The position numbers were made by a program, and so were the translations under genes. A stretch of DNA of 10,603 bases from Fidelibacterota bacterium (GTDB lineage Bacteria > Fidelibacterota > Marinisomatia > Marinisomatales > UBA2128): NCBI GenBank assembly GCA_046861645.1, contig JBHHUM010000074.1, positions 1 to 10,603 on the forward strand, read 5' to 3'. Each line of letters begins with the position of its first letter. The stretch's first letter is position 1. Below the pieces are notes generated by a model. It was not told the origin of the DNA. It was given only the letters and a program-made list of their open reading frames with translations, and did not search any database. Positions 1-7,828 of the stretch are shown here, piece by piece.

Positions 1-28
1 GTAAGTGGTCCTGGATATCTTCACTTAA

Positions 29-631
29 TCAGTGTGGTGTTTTTCCCAGAGTTTCTTTTTTCTTTCTAGTCTGTTTTTTGGTGGGTGGTTTATCTTTTTT
101 CAAAAGTTCTTTTCCAAAGTCAAATCCATGCTGGAATGCTACGATATTTTTATCCACAAATCTGTCTGGAACTGAACCAGGTAACGCCTTCTTGACGGCC
201 TTTGCAGTAACTGCATTGGTAATAGCTGTGAAGAAGCCTACCATCACTACGTTAGAGAAAATGCGATTACCCATCTTCTCAGCGATACGGGTAGCTGGAA
301 TGGAGTACATCTGTAAATCTTTACGAATCTTGTGAGGTTTGACGAGGTCGGAATCGGTAAGCAGGATGGCTCCCGGGTTTGGTTCATCTAAAAATTTCTC
401 ATAAGCTTCCTGGGACATGGTTACCAGAATGTCAGGTTTAACGATATAAGGATAGAGTACTGGTGTCTCTTTAAGGATGATTTGTGCTGCACAGGCACCA
501 CCTCGGGCTTCCGGTCCGAAACTCTGGTTTAAGGTAGCATATTTGCCATCGAAGAGTGATGCCGCCTTGCCGATAAGTGAACCGGCTTTGATAATCCCCT
601 GTCCACCGAATCCTGAAAAGCGAATATCCAT
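29..631 (-). CDS. korC: 2-oxoacid:ferredoxin oxidoreductase gamma subunit (KorC/OorC/PorG family)
   Basis: N-terminal IRFSGFGGQGII, SFGPEARGGAC and NVVMVG motifs typical of POR/KGOR gamma subunits. AGGAG RBS lies in the 12-nt gap after the beta gene. Last gene of the delta-alpha-beta-gamma cluster; substrate specificity cannot be determined from sequence. Confidence 0.9.
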   Translation of the reverse strand: MDIRFSGFGGQGIIKAGSLIGKAASLFDGKYATLNQSFGPEARGGACAAQIILKETPVLYPYIVKPDILVTMSQEAYEKFLDEPNPGAILLTDSDLVKPHKIRKDLQMYSIPATRIAEKMGNRIFSNVVMVGFFTAITNAVTAKAVKKALPGSVPDRFVDKNIVAFQHGFDFGKELLKKDKPPTKKQTRKKKETLGKTPH

Positions 632-643
632 TAATTGCTCCTG

Positions 644-1542
644 TTATTTTACTCCCGTATAAGGGATATAATTATCTCCTAACTTTTCTTTTAAGAAACG
701 GTCCTTATTTTCCAGAAAGGTTGGTTTGTCGATATCCACAAACTTGCCTACCACAATCCGTTCCTGGTATTTGATATCCACATCCTGAGTAGGGGCGTCG
801 TGATTAATAATGGCATTATCGTGGTAAAATTTCATCAGATTAAGTCCGGTTCCGAGGCGGTTGCGTCGGGCGTAAAGCGTGGCACAAGGTGAGATGACCT
901 CGACGAAGGAAAAGCCCGGCTTCAAAAGTGCTTCTGAAATGGAAGTGGTGAGGCGACGAACGTGTAAGGCCGTCCACCGGGCCACGTACACTGCCCCACT
1001 GGATTCAGCCAGGAAGGGGAGGTTAAAAGGGAATTCATAAACACCGTAAGGAGCTGTGGAGGCGTTAGCTTTTTCAGGTGTGGTAGGTCCCGCCTGTCCA
1101 CCGGTCATGGCATAGTTGAAATTGTTGATGCAAATAATGGTTAGATTCATGTTCCGTCGGGCAGCATGGATGAAGTGGTTACCCCCGATGGCGGCGATGT
1201 CACCATCACCACTGATAACAGTGACTTTGAGTTCAGGATTACCCAGGGTCAGACCTGTAGCGAAAGGAATAGCCCGGCCGTGGGTGGAGTGAAAGGAGTC
1301 GAGTCGCAGGTAACCGGCAGCCCGACCGGAGCAACCGATTCCCGATACAACAGCAACCTTGTCCCGATCCAGTCCGGATTTCTCCAGCCCTGAGATGAAA
1401 GCGGTGATAATTGTCCCTATTCCACAGGTCGCGCACCATATATGAGGTAGCCGTTCTGTGCGGAGATATTCCTCCATGGGATGAGCCAAGGGTTCCCTCG
1501 GCTGAGGGATGTGTAGTTTATTGCTCAATGGAACAGTTTCGG

Positions 1543-1546
<4 letters not shown>
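644..1546 (-). CDS. korB: 2-oxoacid:ferredoxin oxidoreductase beta subunit (TPP- and [4Fe-4S]-binding)
   Basis: WCATCGIG (WCPGCG variant), SGIGCS, HGRA, the GDGD...NN TPP-binding motif and SPC. Start overlaps the alpha stop (ATGA, 1543-1546). Confidence 0.92.
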
Positions 1547-2702
<1,156 letters not shown>

Positions 2703-2706
<4 letters not shown>

Positions 2707-3002
2707 GACTCCTCCTCTTCGGATGCCTCCTCCTGATTAGAATGAGGTGCGCTTTCTGTACAAAATATGGCGAACTCAGGGCAGATCATCTCGCACAGTT
2801 GACAATGGACACATTCACCCTGCTTTAACGCTTCGGGGTAGTGGTATCCTTTGCGGTTGAAGGCAGTGGACATTTTCAAAACATCACGGGGACAGTATTC
2901 TTCACAGAAACCACACCCCTTGCACTGCTCCACGATGATATGGACCTCTCCCTTAGGCAGGTTAAGGTCATCTACATCGAAGGGTATCCGCCATTGCTTC
3001 AT
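2703..3002 (-). CDS. korD: 2[4Fe-4S] ferredoxin-like delta subunit of the oxidoreductase
   Basis: Two CxxCxxCxxxCP motifs (CKGCGFCEEYCP, CVHCQLCEMICP) with an FNRKGYHYP linker. AGGAG RBS upstream; translationally coupled to alpha. Confidence 0.88.
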
Positions 3003-3017
3003 ATTATATCTCCTGAC

Positions 3018-3287
3018 TTAGGCCTGAAACCATTCACCTTGTTCCTTTTTTACAAGAAGGTAGAATCCACACTCGGTACAGTCATTTATTTTTTGACTGT
3101 TGGTACATTTAGGATTTCCGTCCTGGTGGTTACCGGCGACATGCCAGCAGTAACGTCCGGCCAGAAACCCGTTATTAATGCCTCGAAAGGAGATATAAGT
3201 GGCGGCCGGGCAGGAACCCAGTTCTTTCACTCTGGGACCTCCGGGTCCCAGTCCACAGTTCATGTAGTCCCAACAGTTAACCTTCAT
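3018..3287 (-). CDS. Small Cys-rich 'two-CW domain'-like protein, putative metal/Fe-S binding, function unknown
   Basis: 89 aa with NCW..CG..CPA..GxNxG..GRYCW..VAG..CxxCxFY pattern and 7 Cys. GGAGG RBS at 3295-3299, 7 nt before ATG. Stop lies 15 nt before the korD start. Confidence 0.8.
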   Translation of the reverse strand: MKVNCWDYMNCGLGPGGPRVKELGSCPAATYISFRGINNGFLAGRYCWHVAGNHQDGNPKCTNSQKINDCTECGFYLLVKKEQGEWFQA

Positions 3288-3532
3288 GATTTAGCCTCCA
3301 GGAAATGAGGTGAGTTAATAGCATTGCTGTTACATAAAGTCGTGAAATATGGAAGTGTTGGAAAAGGTGTTTGTGTGTTTACAAATTGTTTATTGTCAGA
3401 TTGGAGAAGTGTATACTTCTTATTGTTTTGTGTTAGTGGTGTACTCGTAGATAGGCATGGGAAGTCCGCTACATAGAATCCAAAATCATTGTCCTGTCCT
3501 GTGTTAGAAAGTGGGATTACACTTCCAATAAG

Positions 3533-3561
3533 AATTTAGACCAATACAGATTACATGTCAA
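3533..3561 (-). promoter_or_regulatory. sigma70-type promoter for the two-CW/korDABC operon
   Basis: Minus strand reads TTGACA (3561-3556), 17-nt spacer, TAAATT (3538-3533), with a T-rich tract just upstream of the -35. Confidence 0.6.
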
Positions 3562-3710
3562 CAAAAAATACAGATAATCGGACTTAATTATCATGTATAT
3601 GACAATAAATTACTCATATTGAAGATCTATCAATTTTAAATAGTAATCACGCTTTCCTTAGAGAAATAATCACTCTAAATTCAAGTCGATTATCTGAGAC
3701 ATTTGATAAA

Positions 3711-4898
3711 ATGAAAATAGCATTTCTTACTTCCGGTGGACTGGCGCCCTGCCTTTCGGCATCAATCGGAGCTCTGGTGACTGAATACTCCTCACACGCC
3801 CCAGATGCGGAACTCATTGGTTACCTGAATGGCTATCGAGGATTATTGCTCGGGCGGAGTATCGTTTTTCCGGACAGTGTGCGTGAAAATGCTGACATCC
3901 TGATGCAGTATGGCGGGAGCCCCATTGGCAACAGCCGTGTAAAGCTGACCAATATAGATGACTGCTTACGTAAGGGTTACGTTCAAGAGGGAGAGGATCC
4001 GCTGGAGGTGGCTGCTGAGCAGTTAGTAAAAGATGGAGTAACCATCCTGCACACTATAGGAGGTGACGACACCAATACTATGGCAGCTGCTCTTTCTGCG
4101 AAACTGGCGGAGAAAGGTCACGAGCTGACAGTGGTAGGACTGCCAAAGACTGTGGATAACGATGTTGTTCCCATCACACAATCTCTCGGTGCCTGGACTG
4201 CAGCGGAGCAGGGAGCGATCTTCTTCGAGAACATTTCTAATGAAAACACCACAAGCACTCGTCAACTCATTATCCATGAAGTGATGGGTCGCAACTGCGG
4301 CTGGCTTACGGCTGCTACAGCAAGAGAATACCGGTCTCGTTTAGATAATCGACGCTTTCTGCCTGAGTTAATGATTACCCGGAAGCGCTGGGATATTGAT
4401 GCAGTATATGTGCCGGAAATGCATATTGATTTCAACAGCGAGGTGGAGCGGTTACTGCACCGAATGGATGAGAAGGACGGTGTTAATATCTTCCTTAGCG
4501 AAGGCGCCGGTGTGGAGACTATCGTAGCTGAGATGGAATCTGCCGGTGAGGAGGTTCCCAGGGATCCGTTCGGTCATGTCCGCTTGGATGACATCAATCC
4601 CGGAAAGTGGTTTGCCCAGCAGTTCGCTGATAAACTTGGGGCGGATAAGACATTGGTACAGAAGAGTGGATATTTCGCTCGTTCGGCTGCACCTAATGAC
4701 CGAGATCTTGATCTGATTCGCAGGACAGCGAATTTGGCTGCTCAGTGTGGACTGAAAGGTAAGAGCGGTGTTGTCGGGATGGATCAGGAGAATGATGATA
4801 AGCTTGGGCTGATTGCTTTTGAACGCATCAAAGGCGGGAAGCCATTTGATGCTTCGGTACAATGGTTTGTGGATATGCTTGATGAAATACTAAAATAG
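3711..4898 (+). CDS. pfp: Pyrophosphate--fructose-6-phosphate 1-phosphotransferase (PPi-dependent phosphofructokinase, Propionibacterium-like type)
   Basis: LTSGGLAPCLS N-terminus, GGSPIGNSRVKLTN, GGDDT and PKTVDND (the Asp/Lys pair diagnostic of PPi use), EVMGRNCGWL, SEGAG and KSGYFARSA. Confidence 0.93.
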   Translation: MKIAFLTSGGLAPCLSASIGALVTEYSSHAPDAELIGYLNGYRGLLLGRSIVFPDSVRENADILMQYGGSPIGNSRVKLTNIDDCLRKGYVQEGEDPLEVAAEQLVKDGVTILHTIGGDDTNTMAAALSAKLAEKGHELTVVGLPKTVDNDVVPITQSLGAWTAAEQGAIFFENISNENTTSTRQLIIHEVMGRNCGWLTAATAREYRSRLDNRRFLPELMITRKRWDIDAVYVPEMHIDFNSEVERLLHRMDEKDGVNIFLSEGAGVETIVAEMESAGEEVPRDPFGHVRLDDINPGKWFAQQFADKLGADKTLVQKSGYFARSAAPNDRDLDLIRRTANLAAQCGLKGKSGVVGMDQENDDKLGLIAFERIKGGKPFDASVQWFVDMLDEILK

Positions 4899-4939
4899 TT
4901 ACGGCCACAAAGACTCTCCAAAGGGTTCTGTGGAGTGAC
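4898..4939 (+). other. Imperfect stem-loop in the pfp-aldolase spacer
   Basis: GTTAC/GTGAC, CCACA/TGTGG and GACTCT/AGGGTT arms around a CCAA loop, with G-U pairs favouring the + strand. No U-tract. Confidence 0.4.
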
Positions 4940-4980
4940 TTAGTGGTATATCATTAACAATAAATCAATGAGGACGTAAG

Positions 4981-6000
4981 ATGGAAGACTTAATACAGAT
5001 AGCAAATGCCATGGTGGCAGACGGAAAGGGAATCTTGGCAGCGGATGAAAGTACTCCGACAATAGGAAAGCGCTTTGCCTCCATAAACGTAGAGAGTACC
5101 GAAGAGAATCGCAATGCTTACCGCGATATGCTTTTTTCTGCAGAAGGGATGGAGAATCACATCAGTGGTGTAATCTTGTTTGATGAAACACTGCGCCAGT
5201 CCGCCCTGGCTGATGGTACACCTTTTCCGGAATTATTGAGCAGTAAGGGAGTTTTGCCCGGTATCAAGGTAGATAAAGGCGCCAAGCCGTTAGCCGGTCA
5301 TGAAGGTGAAAAAGTTACCGAAGGGCTGGACGGTCTCCGCGAGCGACTGGCCGAATACAGCGACCTTGGAGCCAAGTTCGCTAAGTGGCGGGCGGTCATC
5401 ACCATCGGGGAGGATATTCCCAGCCGGACCTGCATCGAAGCCAACGCTCACGCACTGGCTCGCTACGCCGCTCTCTGCCAGGAAACCGGCATCGTTCCCA
5501 TCGTAGAGCCAGAAGTACTCATGGACGGTGTCCACACAATTGACCACTGTTTTGTAGAGACTGAGGAGACACTGCAAGTAGTGTTCGAAGAGTTGTTCAA
5601 GCAGGGCGTTCTGCTGGAAGGGATGATACTGAAGCCCAATATGGTCATATCAGCATTGGATTGCCCGGAGCAGGCGCCAGTGGAAGAGGTGGCAGAAGCG
5701 ACAGTGGAGTGTTTCCTTAGAGTGGTGCCGGCGGCAGTACCGGGAATCTGCTTCCTCTCCGGTGGACAGAGTGACATCATTGCCACTCAGCATCTGAATG
5801 CCATGAACTCCCTAGGTGTTGACCTGCCGTGGAAGTTGAGCTTTTCTTACGGTCGTGCTCTACAGGCAGCGGCCCTGCAAGCGTGGAGTGGAGAGGCAGC
5901 TAATGTTCCAGCGGCTCAGGAGGCCTTCCTGCACCGGGCTAAATGCAACGGTGCCGCTACGCTGGGAGAGTATAGTGAAGAGATGGAAAAGATGGGTTAA
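4981..6000 (+). CDS. fba: Fructose-bisphosphate aldolase class I (eukaryote-like Schiff-base family)
   Basis: GKGILAADES, GIKVDKG, KWRAV, PIVEPEV, LKPNMV (Schiff-base Lys), FLSGGQS and FSYGRALQ motifs. GAGGA RBS upstream. Confidence 0.95.
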   Translation: MEDLIQIANAMVADGKGILAADESTPTIGKRFASINVESTEENRNAYRDMLFSAEGMENHISGVILFDETLRQSALADGTPFPELLSSKGVLPGIKVDKGAKPLAGHEGEKVTEGLDGLRERLAEYSDLGAKFAKWRAVITIGEDIPSRTCIEANAHALARYAALCQETGIVPIVEPEVLMDGVHTIDHCFVETEETLQVVFEELFKQGVLLEGMILKPNMVISALDCPEQAPVEEVAEATVECFLRVVPAAVPGICFLSGGQSDIIATQHLNAMNSLGVDLPWKLSFSYGRALQAAALQAWSGEAANVPAAQEAFLHRAKCNGAATLGEYSEEMEKMG

Positions 6001-7379
6001 CTACCACGATTCTTCAGTAATCCTGGACCTGTCCAAATAACAGAAACCACCAACCCCGCATAAAACGGCTGCACTCCCAGAAATGGTACGTCTGCCGCTC
6101 CCAGTAGAAACCAGATTATACTCGCTCCGGCAGAAGCGATCATCATCCACTCAACCTTGGGAATTTTGACCTGCGGCAGGAAGGTTCCTAAAAACGGCAG
6201 CAGCAGTCCGGGCACTACCACGCTCCCCAGCGTAAGCCACAAGTCCACAACGGATGGAATTGCCCATGCCATTATCAGAGACCCGATTCCTACCACGACT
6301 AACCCTATCTGAGTCCATTTTATCGAATTTTCTTTTCTTCTTGCCATAATATCCCGGCCGAAAGTGATGGCGCTGATGAATCCCAAGGAGTCCACGGTGG
6401 ACATGATGGTGGCCAGCAGTCCGGCGAAGAAGAGTCCCTGCAGGAGCGGCGGGAGTATCTCCATTCCCAGGAGCGGGAGGGCGAGCTTCGCGTCTGTGAC
6501 AACACCTGTAGGAAGGAGAACGGAATAGAGTCCGGCTGTGAGTGTAAGGAAATCGAAGGCAACCCAAAAGAGGATGGAGATGAGGATTCCACGGCGGGCG
6601 ATTGCCGGTGATTTCGCCGCAGCGCATCGCTGATAAAATCCGGGATCTACGAAAGTCCAGAGTGCTATAAAAAACCACACTACAATATACTGAGTAGAAT
6701 TACCGCCGTGCCATGTGAGGTGGAGTGATTTACCCATTATATTCAGTTTTCCTGTCAGCTCGCCAAAGCCGCCGTACTTGCTGAATGCGAACAGCACAAG
6801 CGCCCCGAAGCCGGTAAACATCAGCATGAACTGCAGGACGTCCGTCCGTACCACCGAGCGAAATCCGCCCCGGTAGATGTAGATCATGCTTAAGAGTGTT
6901 GCCAATATGAGGGCAGGGAGGAGCGGTAAATCGAAGAGAAATCCGAGGAGGACACCAACGCTTAGTATGTATGGTGCAGGCGAAGCGAGAATCATCACCA
7001 GCACGGCGCTGATAATTGCTGGACCTCTGCCGTAAGCTTGGTGAAACCGGTCAGGGATTGTAAATGACTCACTCTGTCGAATTTTTCCCGCCACAAAGAA
7101 GGCGAAGAGTAGGGCAAAGATGTAGTAGGGAAGTCCGAACACCACCCAGTTGGAGATGCCGTAAGTAAAAGTAAACTCACCAACACCAAGAATTCCTCCG
7201 TACCATGTCGCTACCAGCGAGGCGGTAAACGGGAAGATGGTCAATTTTCGTCCTGCTAAGAGATAATCGCTTTCGTCCTCACTGAATCTCCGTTTGTTGC
7301 GAAAAAGTCCAATCCCCAAGACCACAGTAAAATAGATGAGAATAACTATAGCTCCGGGTGAATCAAAGGGGAGTTTCAC
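5997..7379 (-). CDS. Sodium:solute symporter (SSS) family transporter, possibly for thiamine or a thiamine precursor
   Basis: Highly hydrophobic 460 aa with DYLLAGR, SLVATWYGG, GGFRSVVRTDVLQ, YQRCAAAKS and LLATIMSTVDS SSS motifs; GTG start. Substrate is inferred only from adjacency to thiN. Confidence 0.88.
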   Translation of the reverse strand: MKLPFDSPGAIVILIYFTVVLGIGLFRNKRRFSEDESDYLLAGRKLTIFPFTASLVATWYGGILGVGEFTFTYGISNWVVFGLPYYIFALLFAFFVAGKIRQSESFTIPDRFHQAYGRGPAIISAVLVMILASPAPYILSVGVLLGFLFDLPLLPALILATLLSMIYIYRGGFRSVVRTDVLQFMLMFTGFGALVLFAFSKYGGFGELTGKLNIMGKSLHLTWHGGNSTQYIVVWFFIALWTFVDPGFYQRCAAAKSPAIARRGILISILFWVAFDFLTLTAGLYSVLLPTGVVTDAKLALPLLGMEILPPLLQGLFFAGLLATIMSTVDSLGFISAITFGRDIMARRKENSIKWTQIGLVVVGIGSLIMAWAIPSVVDLWLTLGSVVVPGLLLPFLGTFLPQVKIPKVEWMMIASAGASIIWFLLGAADVPFLGVQPFYAGLVVSVIWTGPGLLKNRGS

Positions 7380-7478
7380 TGAATTATTCCAAAAAGTTCA
7401 TCAAACATTTTAGTGGGTAAATAATTGTTTTTTTATGTTCAGAAGAAGAAACTCTATAAATGTAGTGTTTTATCTTTC

Positions 7479-7667
7479 GCCATTTTCTTTGACGCAAAGA
7501 AAACGGCTGCAAAAGAAACAGTCGCTGTGGAAAAATCTGGGGAGAGAGTATTTGCCTTCGGGACGCTTTTAAACTCATCCCGACAAGCATGTCGGGACTC
7601 AGACAGTAAAATCGTCTTGATCCTGCGGCTAGTCCTCTCTCTTTATCCCAGATTTTCCCAAGGCGAC
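7479..7667 (-). repeat. Nested-palindrome structured element (putative non-autonomous mobile / REP-like element)
   Basis: Arms GTCGC/GCGAC (7521-25/7663-67), AAAATCTGGG/CCCAGATTTT (7532-41/7647-56), GAGAGAG/CTCTCTC (7542-48/7635-41), GACG/CGTC, TTTTA/TAAAA and a perfect 8-bp core TCCCGACA-agca-TGTCGGGA (7578-97). A separate hairpin lies at 7479-7507. Strand assignment is tentative. Confidence 0.65.
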
Positions 7668-7828
7668 GACAAAGACTTCCTTTCCTATAGATTCTGTAGT
7701 GCGGATCGCTGATCTGTGGAGAATGAAAACCTGCCAACCGCGTACTGGGTGGTGCAGGCTGAGAGGGGATGAAATAATCTATAAACACTGTCTGTGTGTA
7801 GAATAAAGTATGAATTTGTTCCATAGTT

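Noticed and set aside
1..31. Possible UGA read-through (Sec) of the gamma subunit, or start of a next gene (GTG AAG ATA TCC...)
   Set aside because: Only 28 nt of context; no SECIS or clear RBS can be evaluated.
2841..3308. 155-aa + strand ORF and other short antisense or alternate-frame ORFs over korA/B/C, pfp, fba, the symporter, thiN and M61
   Set aside because: They overlap well-supported genes and carry no recognisable motifs; treated as shadow ORFs.
3338..3385. Rex-like half sites (GTCGTGAAATAT; TTGTG..TTACAA)
   Set aside because: Neither forms the 18-bp TTGTGAA-N4-TTCACAA dyad with correct spacing.
7571..7606. Hammerhead ribozyme core (minus strand CTGTCTGAG-stem-GAG)
   Set aside because: It lacks the required CUGAnGA and GAAA catalytic nucleotides.
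7521..7667. 6S RNA interpretation of the long rod
   Set aside because: The central region is occupied by GNA mini-hairpins instead of an open bubble, no promoter was seen, and the attached hairpin has a second copy nearby. Disfavoured, though an Rfam scan is needed to exclude it.
7751..7770. TPP riboswitch suggested by GGTGC..GCTGAGA next to thiamine genes
   Set aside because: It is on the wrong strand for the symporter, and the downstream ACCUGA / GnUAAU.CC / CGnAGG elements are absent.
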